A DNA stretch of 64,000 nucleotides from a bacterium (GCA_963675295.2 CAXXKJ010000002.1:1152001-1216000); one strand, 5' to 3'. Shown: positions 48,319 through 58,509, counted from the stretch's first letter. Made by a program: numbers and translations. The notes: generated from the sequence alone by a model not told the origin.

Positions 48319-50493
48319 ATGCGTACCCGACTGTTTGTCGTTCTCCTTATCGCCGTTCTGTTGCTTCCGTTGTCGCCCACTCTCGCCCAGGACAGCTTGA
48401 ATGTCACCCGTGTGAACACGCTTTCCTACTGGGCAACGTGGCTGGACATGGACGTGCAGGGGCAGTACGCGTTTCTCGCCAGTGCGTATGCCGGCGTGCG
48501 AGTGGTCGATTGCAGCACACCGTCCGATCCGCTGGAAGTGGCTGCGTGGCCGGATTGCTACGCGACTTCGCTGACACTGAGCGGGCAGCATCTGTACGTG
48601 ATCGACAACTCAGAACGGCTGGCCGTGCTGGACGTTTCCGATCCGACGCATCTGTCATTCGCAAGCGAATTCACGACGACGGGCATCGTCGCGCAGGTGC
48701 TCGTCTACGGGAATTATGTGTACCTGGTGAAACGGTACGACGAAATCCTGGTTCTGGATATTTCCGATCCCACAGCACCGGTGCAGGTCTCAACGTTGAC
48801 GCTCGAGGGGTACATTGGCACGGTTCAGATCGTGGACCACTACGCGTATGTCGCCTCGATGGACTACGGTCTGCTGGTATTCGACCTCACGGATCCAGTA
48901 AATCCCGCCATTGCCGGACGGTTGGACGTGCCCGGTAACGCCGGGGCCGTTGACCTCACCGTGGCCGGGAACTACGCCAGCGTTCACATTTCCGGCAACC
49001 GGATCGTGATCGCTGACATCTCCGATCCAACGAATCCAACCTATCGTGGCTACTACGAGGAATCGGGCGACATTTATGATCTCTCCGCTGCCGCAAACAA
49101 CCTCTTTGTGGCTACTGGCTTCTACTATGAGGGATTCGGGGCCATCCGCGTGATCGACTTGAGCGATCCAACCTCACCAACGCTGATCCATTCTGAGCCG
49201 GTGCCCGGTTTGCCAACACGGATTCGTAAAACTCCTGGCTATCTCTACCTCAGTGGATACGACACCGGCTTCGTTGTGTTTGATCTCAGCGTATTCCCAG
49301 ATCCCGGCAGCTTTGGCCGGATCAACAAGCCGGGCGACATGTATCGCTTTGACATCGTTGACGATAGCATGTACCAGGCGGCTGGGACGGAGGGGATGTA
49401 CCTGCTTGATATTTCCGACCCGGACAACATCGAGATTTTGAGCAAATTCAGACCGTCTGGCGGCAGCAACCGCGCGATTGTTGACATCGAAGTGGATGAA
49501 GATGTCGCATATATCGTTCGCGAGGACAAGCTTTTTTCGGTGGATGTCAGCGATCCGGCGGCTCCGCAGGAAATCACCTATTACAATTTTGGCAGTGAGT
49601 CGCACCCGTCCATTGTCTTGCGTGGAACAAACCTCTTCCTGACAACGACCTATTCTCTACAGGTCATTGATGTCAGCAACCCGGCAAATCCCACGGAACT
49701 GGATTTCGTCGCAACCGGTGCCAGCAACCTCGACGTCGAGGGTGACTACGCTTACGTCACAGCGCATTCAGGCAATTTCCACATCTATGACGTCAGCAAT
49801 CCGGCGAATGTCACCCTGGTCTCGACCACGTGGTTTGACAATGCCCGAGAGCTGATGAGCATTGATGTCGTGGGTGATTACGCCTACTTCATGTCCGCGA
49901 ACGACGGTCTGTTGATCGTGGATGTGTCCGACCCGGCCAATCCGGTGGAGGTATCCTTCCTTGACCTTCCCGGGACCGGCATGGACCTGTGGTACGATCA
50001 GGGCATGGTTTACACCGAAGGCCCGTTCGGCTATCTCAGCGTCGTTGATGTGCAGGACCCTCAGAATCCGACCATTGCCGGTTATTACGAAACCGGCACG
50101 CGGGTTCGTAGCATACGCACGAACGCAGGCTTGATTTTCGCCAACAACCAGCGCCAGCTCAATGTGTTCGAGTTGATGACGGTGACTGCGACAGTCGCGC
50201 AAACTGGGACAGACACGCCGGTCGCCAGTGAGTTCGAGCTGCTGTCTGCCTACCCGAACCCGTTCAATCCATCAACAACCATCACGGTCGGGCTTCCGGC
50301 AGCCAATCATATGCGGCTCACGGTGTACAATGCACTTGGCCGGAAGGTCGCCGAGTTGGCGGATGGTCAGTATGCGGGCGGGTTGCACTCGTTCACGTTT
50401 GACGCGAGCGGATTGTCGGCAGGTGTCTACTTTGTCAGGGCGGTGGTTCCAGGTCGGATGACGGAAATGCAGAAAGTCCTGTTGCTGAAGTAG
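48319..50493 (+). CDS. Secreted LVIVD-repeat protein with T9SS type A-like C-terminal domain
   Basis: Signal peptide, many D[IV]S[DN]P.NP repeats, AYPNPFNPSTTI...GLSAGVYF...KVLLLK. Confidence 0.9.
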   Translation: MRTRLFVVLLIAVLLLPLSPTLAQDSLNVTRVNTLSYWATWLDMDVQGQYAFLASAYAGVRVVDCSTPSDPLEVAAWPDCYATSLTLSGQHLYVIDNSERLAVLDVSDPTHLSFASEFTTTGIVAQVLVYGNYVYLVKRYDEILVLDISDPTAPVQVSTLTLEGYIGTVQIVDHYAYVASMDYGLLVFDLTDPVNPAIAGRLDVPGNAGAVDLTVAGNYASVHISGNRIVIADISDPTNPTYRGYYEESGDIYDLSAAANNLFVATGFYYEGFGAIRVIDLSDPTSPTLIHSEPVPGLPTRIRKTPGYLYLSGYDTGFVVFDLSVFPDPGSFGRINKPGDMYRFDIVDDSMYQAAGTEGMYLLDISDPDNIEILSKFRPSGGSNRAIVDIEVDEDVAYIVREDKLFSVDVSDPAAPQEITYYNFGSESHPSIVLRGTNLFLTTTYSLQVIDVSNPANPTELDFVATGASNLDVEGDYAYVTAHSGNFHIYDVSNPANVTLVSTTWFDNARELMSIDVVGDYAYFMSANDGLLIVDVSDPANPVEVSFLDLPGTGMDLWYDQGMVYTEGPFGYLSVVDVQDPQNPTIAGYYETGTRVRSIRTNAGLIFANNQRQLNVFELMTVTATVAQTGTDTPVASEFELLSAYPNPFNPSTTITVGLPAANHMRLTVYNALGRKVAELADGQYAGGLHSFTFDASGLSAGVYFVRAVVPGRMTEMQKVLLLK

Positions 50494-50561
50494 ATGACAG
50501 ATTGGCGCGACGCAAGATCCGGTGAGGCAGGACCTCGTCTGCCTCAATTCCCTGCAAAATG

Positions 50562-51239
50562 CTACAGACCGGAAATCGTTTCGGCATACAGCTCGACGAA
50601 CTCGTTGAGCTGTTTCCGTTTGTATTGCATGATGTAGCGTGGGTGGGCGAGCGGGACGAGTTCGTCGAACAGGCCGAGCCGCTGATTGATCGCCTGGGCG
50701 CGTTTGAAATTCTGCCCGGTCCCGGCGATGATCGCGCGTGGTTTCGCGCCGAACGCAACCTGCTCGCGCAACGTAGCCTCGATGAACGGAGTGACCGCCG
50801 CTTCCAACTCCGGGTCGTCGTAGAAGTTGAGGTTTTTGCCGTCACGCACGAAGCCGTACGGCGACAGGGCGGTGATGTAGACCTGCCGGTAGAACGATTC
50901 CGGCCCGCCCATGCGCCGGATCACCTGGTACACGAACCGGGCGGACAGTTCTGTGCCAGTGCCCAGCGTGTGCTCAATGCCGCAATCTTCGGCCAACGCC
51001 AGCGGGTCGGTGAAACCGATGCCGGTGATGCCGGAGCCGAAACGGCCGGGGTTGATTCCAATCAGGAACGTGCGTGGTTCAGTGTCGCTGAAATAGCGGG
51101 TGAAGAACTCCCGCATCACACGCTGCACTTCATGCTCCGCGTACGGATTCAGCACCCCGGCGGACGCGGGCACAGCGGGCGGAGTGAGGCCGTCGTAAAA
51201 CTGGAGGATCTGCTCGGCGAAGGTTGCCACAACCATCAA
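50562..51239 (-). CDS. SMUG2/DUF4918-like uracil-DNA glycosylase family protein
   Basis: GINPGRFGSGITGIGFTDP, ELSA.F, NFYD, LAHPRYIMQY. Confidence 0.85.
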   Translation of the reverse strand: MMVVATFAEQILQFYDGLTPPAVPASAGVLNPYAEHEVQRVMREFFTRYFSDTEPRTFLIGINPGRFGSGITGIGFTDPLALAEDCGIEHTLGTGTELSARFVYQVIRRMGGPESFYRQVYITALSPYGFVRDGKNLNFYDDPELEAAVTPFIEATLREQVAFGAKPRAIIAGTGQNFKRAQAINQRLGLFDELVPLAHPRYIMQYKRKQLNEFVELYAETISGL

Positions 51240-52600
51240 CCCTTCGGAATATCCTCACCCTGATCGCGGTATTCGTTGAGCTTGTTGCGCAGGGTACGGA
51301 TCGAGATGCCGAGCTGATCGGCCGCCTTGGTACGGTTGAAGTTCAGCTCGTGCAGGGTGGTCATGATGTGGCGTTTTTCCAGTTCGGCGAGCGGAATCAT
51401 GCCGAACGAGCCGGTGTCAGCGGTCGGGGTGGTGGCGTCCAGCTGGACGTCGCTTAGCGTTAATTCCAAACCGCGCGCGAGCACAACCGCACGTTCGATG
51501 CGATTTTCCAGTTCACGCACATTCCCCGGCCACGGCTGCGTTTTGAGGTAGTCCATCGCGGAGTCTTCGATCTCCTGGATGTCCTTGCCGTAACGTGCGC
51601 CGTACCGCTTCAGGAAATGGTCGGCGAGGGAGGGGATGTCATCGCGTCGTTTCGCCAGCGGCGGAATCTCGAGCGGGACGACATTGAGCCGGAAGTAGAG
51701 GTCCTCGCGGAACCGCCCTTCCTTGACTTCCTCGTTGAGGTTGCGGTTCGTCGTCGCGACAACCCGCACGTCAATCTTGATCGTCTCGTTCGAACCAACC
51801 CGGTCGAATTCCCGTTCCTGCAGGACGCGCAACAGTTTCGCCTGCAACGTGATCGGCATCTCGGAGATTTCGTCGAGCAGGATCGTGCCGCCATGCGCGG
51901 CTTCGAACTTGCCCTTGCGGGTCTTGATCGCGCCGGTAAACGCGCCCTTTTCATGCCCGAACAGTTCGGACTCGATCAAATTTTCCGGCAGCGCGGCGCA
52001 ATTGAGTTTGATGAACGGATTCTTGTGCCGCTGGCTCGACCAGTGCAACGCCCGCGCGACCAGCTCCTTGCCGGTGCCGGAAGATCCGGTGACAAGCACA
52101 TCGACCGGCTGCGGGGCGATCAGCTCGAGTGTCTCGGTCAGTTTGCGCATCGGCGGGCTGGTGCCGATCAACGCGCCAATGCCTTGTTCGGATTCGACGA
52201 CGGCTCGCAGCTGCCGGTTTTCCAGCATCAACCGTCCACGCTGCAACGCGCGCGAGACGGTCAGCTTGAGCAGGTCGAGGTCAATCGGTTTGGTCAGGTA
52301 ATCGTAGGCGCCCTTCTTGATCGCTTCGACGGCGTTCTCGATGCTGCCGTAGGCGGTAAGAATGACGAAGGGAACATCCGGCTGCCGGCTCATGGCGTGG
52401 TTGAGCACCGCCATGCCATCCTTGCGCGGCATGTTCATGTCGGAAAAGATGAGGTCGAATTCGGTCTGGTTGATCAGTTTTTCAGCTTCGACACCATCCT
52501 CGGCGGTGTGGACTTCGTGTCCGAGACGCCGGATCGCTTCGGCGAGAAAATCCCGCACCAGTTCTTCGTCATCGACAACGAGGACCCGTGAACCCGCCAT
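51236..52600 (-). CDS. Sigma54-dependent response regulator (NtrC/FleR-like)
   Basis: Receiver domain, GSSGTGKE, ESELFGHEKGAFTGA, WPGNVRELEN, Fis HTH LGISIRTLRNKL. Confidence 0.95.
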   Translation of the reverse strand: MAGSRVLVVDDEELVRDFLAEAIRRLGHEVHTAEDGVEAEKLINQTEFDLIFSDMNMPRKDGMAVLNHAMSRQPDVPFVILTAYGSIENAVEAIKKGAYDYLTKPIDLDLLKLTVSRALQRGRLMLENRQLRAVVESEQGIGALIGTSPPMRKLTETLELIAPQPVDVLVTGSSGTGKELVARALHWSSQRHKNPFIKLNCAALPENLIESELFGHEKGAFTGAIKTRKGKFEAAHGGTILLDEISEMPITLQAKLLRVLQEREFDRVGSNETIKIDVRVVATTNRNLNEEVKEGRFREDLYFRLNVVPLEIPPLAKRRDDIPSLADHFLKRYGARYGKDIQEIEDSAMDYLKTQPWPGNVRELENRIERAVVLARGLELTLSDVQLDATTPTADTGSFGMIPLAELEKRHIMTTLHELNFNRTKAADQLGISIRTLRNKLNEYRDQGEDIPKG

Positions 52601-52603
52601 AGA

Positions 52604-53884
52604 CTACCTCCGGATGGGCAATTCGAAATCAAACCTCGCGCCCTGCTTGGATGCAGAGCGGACCGTGATCACACCGTCGTGCGAATCGACGATCTTTTTC
52701 ACCATTGCGAGACCGAGGCCGGTACCCTTGGTACGGGTTGTGAAGAAGGGGTTGAAGATCTTGTCGAGGTTTTCTTCCGCGATGCCGATGCCGTCATCTT
52801 CGACGAACACGTTGACCCGGTTGCGGAGCAGATTCCACCGTAAGCCCAGCTTGACCGTTCCCTCTGTTTCAATCGCGGAGCAGGCGTTCTTGAGCAGATT
52901 CAGCACCACCTGCTTGATCAGGCTGCTATCGCAGTCGACCATCACTCGTTCCTTTGGCACCATCAGCTGCACGTCGATCTGGCGTTGTTCCGAGCTGATT
53001 TCCGAGTGGATCAGTTCGGCTTCATTGCGCAGCAGGTCGATCAGATCAACTTCGGAGTACGCTGGCGACAGCGGGCGGGTGTATTCGAGCAGACGGCTGG
53101 CAATACGTTCGATGTCACGCACGCCACCGACGATCTTTTCCACAGTCCGGCGGGCGGCGTGTTCTTCCTCGATGTCCTCGAGCAGGAACTGGGCGAAGCC
53201 CTGAACGCCGGCGAGCGGGTTGCGCAGCTCATGCGCGACCTGGGCCGACATCTCACCGAGCGTCGCGAGGTCGGAACGGCGCCGCATCTGTTCGTGCAGA
53301 TCCTTTACCGGGCTCAAGTCTTCCATCATCTCGAGCACGCCGATGCGTTTTCCGTCCTTGCCGTAGACCCAGTTGGTCGAGAAACGGACCGGGTTGGTTT
53401 CGCCTTCGACAGACTTGTACGACCGTTCACGCGGGTCGATTTCGGGACCGTTGACGAGGGTGAACAGGGCGGAATCGGCGACGTTGATGTCGCATGGGAA
53501 GATGTCGCCGTAGGGGCTGCCGACGGCGTCCGCAGCACGGATGCCGGTCAACCGTTGCGCCTCTTCGTTGACGAGATTGATCCGGCCATCAAGATCAAGC
53601 ACAATGATGCCGACAGGGATATGGGCGAGAATGCTGGAGAGGAATCCCTGGGTACGCGAAAGAAGGTGCTCCTGGCTTTCCAACCGTTCGCTCAGGTCGG
53701 CGAGCCGTTTTTCCAGGGCACGGTAACTCTCACTGATCGCGGAAGAGGCCTGGTTGAATTCTTCGAACAGCTTGACAAGTGCGGAGAGCTGCTCTTCGCT
53801 GATCAGTTCGCTATTCCTTGAGTATTTTTCGGCCAACTTTAGCACATCCCCTTCGATCGGCAACGTGGAAGTGTCCGATGTCAT
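52604..53884 (-). CDS. Cytoplasmic PAS histidine kinase (FleS/FlgS-like)
   Basis: Coiled coil, PAS domain, AHELRNPL, NLLKNA, DDGIGI, FFTTRTKGTGLGL; no TM segment. Confidence 0.92.
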   Translation of the reverse strand: MTSDTSTLPIEGDVLKLAEKYSRNSELISEEQLSALVKLFEEFNQASSAISESYRALEKRLADLSERLESQEHLLSRTQGFLSSILAHIPVGIIVLDLDGRINLVNEEAQRLTGIRAADAVGSPYGDIFPCDINVADSALFTLVNGPEIDPRERSYKSVEGETNPVRFSTNWVYGKDGKRIGVLEMMEDLSPVKDLHEQMRRRSDLATLGEMSAQVAHELRNPLAGVQGFAQFLLEDIEEEHAARRTVEKIVGGVRDIERIASRLLEYTRPLSPAYSEVDLIDLLRNEAELIHSEISSEQRQIDVQLMVPKERVMVDCDSSLIKQVVLNLLKNACSAIETEGTVKLGLRWNLLRNRVNVFVEDDGIGIAEENLDKIFNPFFTTRTKGTGLGLAMVKKIVDSHDGVITVRSASKQGARFDFELPIRR

Positions 53885-54372
53885 CTCCGCCCCATGGTTT
53901 CCATGCCCACGCAATATAGAGCCCGCCCGGCTCCCTGAAAAAATGCAATAACTGGAATAACTGAGATTTTTCTCCGAATCCACGAAATACTTAGCAGAAA
54001 TGACTCTCAGGACTCGGTTCGCAAAGAACTGCGCGGTGTTGACACAGTGAAAAGTTAAACCTCAGGATCTTGGATGCAAGGGGGGAGACAAAGGAGCCGA
54101 CTTTTGCAGGTTCCCAGCCGGTTTTCTCCGTGATCGGCTCCATCAGCGGGTTTCAGCTCTTTACTTCGCATTGGGCGAGGCATTCCGGTCAATGAAAACT
54201 CAGGGGTATGATATTTCAACCGGTTGAATCACCTCATATAAGTTCGCTAACCTTAGATAGCTTAAGGGTCAGGGCGTGTGTAACGCCTCGGTTGGGTGTG
54301 TTCCGCGCGTGCTTCTTGCACCGGGACCCTTGTGCGGTTGTATGATAGGCCAACACTTGCATTGCGAAGATC

Positions 54373-54999
54373 ATGACGATGACACACGAAACATTAACCA
54401 CAAAACTCGGCCTGTTGCTCGCCGAAACTCTTCCCGGAACGAAGGCTCAGCTCGCTCTCGCGCCGGAAGGACGGCGGATCGACGTCGACGACTCACGCTA
54501 CCGTCATGCCGCCGTGCTGATCGCATTGCATCAGCGAAACGGCGTCTGGGGCTTTCCGTTGATTGAACGCGTGGTGGACGAATATGTCCACAGCGGCCAG
54601 ATCGGTCTGCCCGGAGGACGGTTGGAGGCGGGCGAGACGCTGGACGCCTGCGCGTTGCGCGAAAGCGAAGAAGAGGTTGGTCTGCCGCCGGAGAAGGTGA
54701 GCGTGCTTGGTGAGCTGACGCCATTGCCGGTGCCGGTCAGCCATCATTTGATTCATCCGTTCGTCGGGATCACGGATGACGACCCCGTTTTAACGCCTGA
54801 TCCGCGTGAGGTCGAAGACATCTTGTTCATGCCGGTGGCGGAGCTGCTGGCGGACGATGCCCCTAAGGAAGGCGATGTGATGGCGGGACGGACTCGCATT
54901 CGACGTGTGCCGCTCTTCGAACTCGGCGAACACCGCATCTGGGGTGCGACCGCGATGATCCTTGCCGAATTGCGTGAGCTGTTGAAGCAGGTGTTCTGA
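54373..54999 (+). CDS. Nudix CoA pyrophosphatase (NudL-like)
   Basis: AAVLI, HSGQIGLPGG...ALRESEEEVG, IWGATA. Confidence 0.92.
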   Translation: MTMTHETLTTKLGLLLAETLPGTKAQLALAPEGRRIDVDDSRYRHAAVLIALHQRNGVWGFPLIERVVDEYVHSGQIGLPGGRLEAGETLDACALRESEEEVGLPPEKVSVLGELTPLPVPVSHHLIHPFVGITDDDPVLTPDPREVEDILFMPVAELLADDAPKEGDVMAGRTRIRRVPLFELGEHRIWGATAMILAELRELLKQVF

Positions 55000-55046
55000 C
55001 GTAATGACACCGGTGTTCAGACTAAATAACATCGTTGATTTGTTAC

Positions 55047-55070
55047 ATGCCCCAGACATTTATGTCTGGG
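55047..55070. repeat. REP-like palindrome (CCCAGACAT family)
   Basis: ATGCCCCAGACATTTATGTCTGGG. Confidence 0.8.
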
Positions 55071-55122
55071 AATAGCCCACTGTTGATGTGCCCGTGTCTG
55101 CTTGCAGACGCGGACGCTACCG

Positions 55123-55172
55123 ACTTTCAACTTCCATCTCACATCTCACATCTCACATCTCATATCTCATAT
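55123..55172. repeat. Heptamer array (TCTCACA-type, about 7 units)
   Basis: actttca acttcca tctcaca tctcaca tctcaca tctcata tctcata. Confidence 0.9.
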
Positions 55173-55187
55173 ATATTCTTTCAAGCC

Positions 55188-56465
55188 TCACACCCCCAGC
55201 AACCGCATCACTTCCTGGCCGGCGTCCGCGATGTCTTTCTCGCCATCATTCCACTCCACGACCGACCCCTGATTCGCGAAGAAATACGCGTCGTCGAACC
55301 TGTGTGTCCCAACCAGCACGGAGGGCGTCTCAAACACACTCGCCGCGCCGAAGTCAGCCTTGATGTCGTAACCCTCGGTGGGCAGCAGGATCAGATCGGC
55401 GGCGCGGGCGACATGCGGCCCGGTGTACAACTCCTCCCGCGTGTCGACACTGGCGAACGGATGCTCGCCGGTCAGTGGATCGCGTACCTCGCGCAACGTT
55501 GCCGCCAACGAATCCCGCAACCGTTCTCGGTCCGGACCTGATGCGAGGCGCAGGAACACGCGTCCCGGGGCGAGTGCGTACGTAGCGGAACTGTGGTGAA
55601 CGGTTTCGAGCGACGGCTCTCCGCCGGTATAGGTCAGCAGTCCGGCCTTTTCCAGCAGAGCGTTGACGAACACGATCCGCCGGGCGCGGGTGAAGCCGTG
55701 GTCGGAGAGGGTGACAAACGCCGCTCCGCGTTGCCGTGCGAGCTCAGCGAATTCCGCGACCGCGGCTTCGCATTTGTCGAGCAGCGCGTTGAACCGTTCG
55801 GCGTACAGTGGTTCATCCCAGAAGAAGTGGAACAGCCGGTCGGTTTCCATGATGTGCAGGTGGAAGAAATCCCACGGCGTCTCGAGGGCAAAGCGTCGCG
55901 CGGCACGCAGGCGGGCGTCGAGGGCGGCGTCGAGCGCGTCGAGGAAACGGTCCCGGTTCTCGTACGCCAGCCCCGGTTCGACATCGACGACGTACCCATC
56001 CGTGCGCAGGTCGGCTTCCAATTCCGGCGGCTGCACATTGCCCGGCAAATCAATCCCGAGGAAGCCGCCGATGGTGACGCCTCGCAACGGCGCCGGCGGT
56101 TCGGTCATCGGCACGTTGATCGCGACCACGGTCCCGCCGGCGTCGTGGACGCGTTGCAGAATGGTCGGCACGCGCAAGCTCGCCCCATTCGGGTAGATCA
56201 ACCGGGGACGGGGCGAGAGTTCCGGCTCGACGAAACCAAACACGCCGTGTTCGCCGGGGTTTGTGCCGGTCAGATAGGACGCCCACGCCACACTCGACAT
56301 CTCCGGCCGGCTGGAACGGATGCGGCGCATGCTTCCGTGCTCGAGCAGGCGTGGCCAGATCGATCCGGACTGCGTTGCGCGTTGTTGGATCAGGCTGAAC
56401 GGTGTGCCGTCGAGACTGACGACCATCACCGGCCGCAAGGTCTGGTTCGGCAGGATGAGGTTCAT
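55188..56465 (-). CDS. Alkaline phosphatase superfamily nucleotide pyrophosphatase/phosphodiesterase
   Basis: SLDG, PEMSSVAW.S..TG.NPG.HG..GF, ETDRLFH, LSDHGF, GTH. Confidence 0.88.
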   Translation of the reverse strand: MNLILPNQTLRPVMVVSLDGTPFSLIQQRATQSGSIWPRLLEHGSMRRIRSSRPEMSSVAWASYLTGTNPGEHGVFGFVEPELSPRPRLIYPNGASLRVPTILQRVHDAGGTVVAINVPMTEPPAPLRGVTIGGFLGIDLPGNVQPPELEADLRTDGYVVDVEPGLAYENRDRFLDALDAALDARLRAARRFALETPWDFFHLHIMETDRLFHFFWDEPLYAERFNALLDKCEAAVAEFAELARQRGAAFVTLSDHGFTRARRIVFVNALLEKAGLLTYTGGEPSLETVHHSSATYALAPGRVFLRLASGPDRERLRDSLAATLREVRDPLTGEHPFASVDTREELYTGPHVARAADLILLPTEGYDIKADFGAASVFETPSVLVGTHRFDDAYFFANQGSVVEWNDGEKDIADAGQEVMRLLGV

Positions 56466-56480
56466 GACGCAGGATTCGGC

Positions 56481-57323
56481 TTAACGGAACAGATCGCGTG
56501 GACGGGTGAACTTGTGCTTGTCGATGATCGCACGCAGGGCGTCGTAGGCGTGCGCGTTGCCGGTGATTGTCCACCCGGTTTCGCACACCGGCTTGCCCCA
56601 CCAGTCGCTGATTTTTCCGCCCGCTTCCGCGATGATCAACGCCCCGGCGGCGACATCCCACGGCTTCAGCCCCATCTCGAAATAGGCGTCGAAGGTACCG
56701 TCCGCGACCCAGCAGAGGTCGGCGGCCGCGGACCCGATGCGACGGAAATCGGACACCAGCGGATATATTTCGGTGAACAGCGCGAGGTAGTCCTCAAGCT
56801 TCTGCCGGCGGCGGAAGGGGAAGGCAGTGGCGACGATACCGTGTTCCAACGGCCGGTCGGCGCTGACATGGATCGGGATTCCGTTCTTGCGCGCGCCACC
56901 ACCCCGCCACGCGTCGTAGATAACGTTCAACGCGGGCTCAGCGACGACGCCGAGGGTCAGCGGGCCGAAGAACTCCGGGTTCTCGCGACGATCCTCAAGC
57001 GCGACCGAGATCGCCCAGGTTGGCAGGCCGGCGAGGTAGTTCGCGGTGCCATCAATTGGGTCGACAATCCAGCGCCAGTCGCCGCCACGCTCTTCTGGGC
57101 TTTCCTCTTCGCCCATGAAAGTGCTGCCCGGCAGCATCGCGGTCAGCCCGGCGCGAAGACGGTCTTCGGACTCACGGTCAACGCGGGAAACGTAGTCCCC
57201 CTGGCCTTTGATCTCGATCTCTGACGCTTGCACGCGTTCACGTTCGCCGCGCACGTAATCCCCGACCTCTTGCACGAGCTTGATCACCCGCGCGGTCAGG
57301 GTTTGCAGGTCACTGGGTGTCAT
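56481..57323 (-). CDS. suhB: Inositol monophosphatase family protein
   Basis: GEE, WIVDPIDGTANY, RRIGSAAADL, KPWDVAAG. Confidence 0.93.
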   Translation of the reverse strand: MTPSDLQTLTARVIKLVQEVGDYVRGERERVQASEIEIKGQGDYVSRVDRESEDRLRAGLTAMLPGSTFMGEEESPEERGGDWRWIVDPIDGTANYLAGLPTWAISVALEDRRENPEFFGPLTLGVVAEPALNVIYDAWRGGGARKNGIPIHVSADRPLEHGIVATAFPFRRRQKLEDYLALFTEIYPLVSDFRRIGSAAADLCWVADGTFDAYFEMGLKPWDVAAGALIIAEAGGKISDWWGKPVCETGWTITGNAHAYDALRAIIDKHKFTRPRDLFR

Positions 57324-57345
57324 CGGTTTGGGTATCGTAAAAGGG

Positions 57346-58416
57346 TTAGCGTTTGCGTTTGGCCAGCCGTACGATCAGTCCGGCCAGCGCGCCGATCAAC
57401 AGTCCGGCCAGCGCGATAGGCAGCAGCGAGAAGGTATACCCGGCCGCGACGATCTGAAGGTCCTGGCTTGCCACGCGGTCGCGCTCGACGTTCCATACCA
57501 GCGTGTCACCGCTGGTTTCGTCCGGTTCGGGAACGATGCGGCGGTACTGCGCGTCCGGCATCACGAGCGCCAGTTGCACGGTATCGTCCTTGAAGTCGAC
57601 CCAGCGCTTGTATTCTTCGTCAAGCGAATCGGCGGCGGCGGCCATTTTTTCGACCGGCAGCCCGGTCGCTTCAGACGCGGCGGTGATCATCGACTCGCGT
57701 AACTCCGGATACCATTCGAGGCTGACATCCTGCGGATCGACCGGCTCCATTGCATCGCCCTGCAGGCTCATCACGTACGCCCGCACCACCGGCGCAAAGC
57801 GGGAGACCGCATCGCGCACCACCGCACTGTCAGCATCCGCGCCAAGCTCGCTGGTGACCACACGTTCCATCTGCCGCAGGTAGCGGTCGACTGTCCACAG
57901 TTGCCCGGCGCGAGCCTTGATGCGCTGTAACTCCTGATCGCCCTCAGGTGTCAACGTCGTATCCAGGCCACTCTCCTCGAGCGCGAGGATGTCTGCGGGG
58001 ATATGAGAGTCGGGATCTCCGTACCGCTCAGGTGCGTTCCAACTTGGAAATGTGACCGTGACGGTTGTAACGTCATAGAACCAGCCGTCGTCTTGCCGCA
58101 CATCCACCAGACCGGTTTCTCCCATCGGAGAGATCGGATGTGGCAGATTCACGACAGTCCGGGCTTGATACAGAAGACTGCCGACGAGATTCCCGCTGCT
58201 GTCTTCCCCGACTTTTTGCTCCAGCTGAGCCCAGCCGTTTCCGGGCAGCGGAATGCGATTGTCGAAGACGTCCAGAGAGTCACCTTCAATCTGCCAGGTG
58301 ATCTCAGGAGTCTCTCCGGTGAGTGTGATCAACAGGGTGTGCGTAACGCAGCCCCCGAGCAGCAGGGTGAGCACGGAGAGCAGCAGGAGCAGGGCACGGC
58401 GGCGTAAAGTGTTCAT
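57346..58416 (-). CDS. Hypothetical lipoprotein with C-terminal TM anchor
   Basis: Lipobox LGGC after a basic/hydrophobic leader; C-terminal hydrophobic helix plus KRKR. Confidence 0.7.
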   Translation of the reverse strand: MNTLRRRALLLLLSVLTLLLGGCVTHTLLITLTGETPEITWQIEGDSLDVFDNRIPLPGNGWAQLEQKVGEDSSGNLVGSLLYQARTVVNLPHPISPMGETGLVDVRQDDGWFYDVTTVTVTFPSWNAPERYGDPDSHIPADILALEESGLDTTLTPEGDQELQRIKARAGQLWTVDRYLRQMERVVTSELGADADSAVVRDAVSRFAPVVRAYVMSLQGDAMEPVDPQDVSLEWYPELRESMITAASEATGLPVEKMAAAADSLDEEYKRWVDFKDDTVQLALVMPDAQYRRIVPEPDETSGDTLVWNVERDRVASQDLQIVAAGYTFSLLPIALAGLLIGALAGLIVRLAKRKR

Positions 58417-58480
58417 CCGGGCAAAGTACGGCGTGGGAAGCAGCGGAACAACGAGCCCGGAAAGAAGTTTCGATGAAGGC

Positions 58481-58509
58481 TTGCGTATTCTCCTAAATTC
58501 TGTTAGTTT
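58481..58509 (+). promoter_or_regulatory. Putative sigma70 promoter of the mltD-sppA-HU operon
   Basis: TTGCGT-N17-TAGTTT with extended -10 TG. Confidence 0.55.

Noticed and set aside
53909-53925. GG-N10-GC sigma54-like promoter upstream of the PAS kinase
   Set aside because: Only the minimal dinucleotides and TTGC match; the TGGCAC half-site is absent
54000-54210. Possible glycine riboswitch (three CTCAGG motifs, GGAGA..AAGGAG)
   Set aside because: The CCGAAG core and P1-P3 pairing are missing and the downstream gene is unrelated; the motifs may be chance or protein-binding sites
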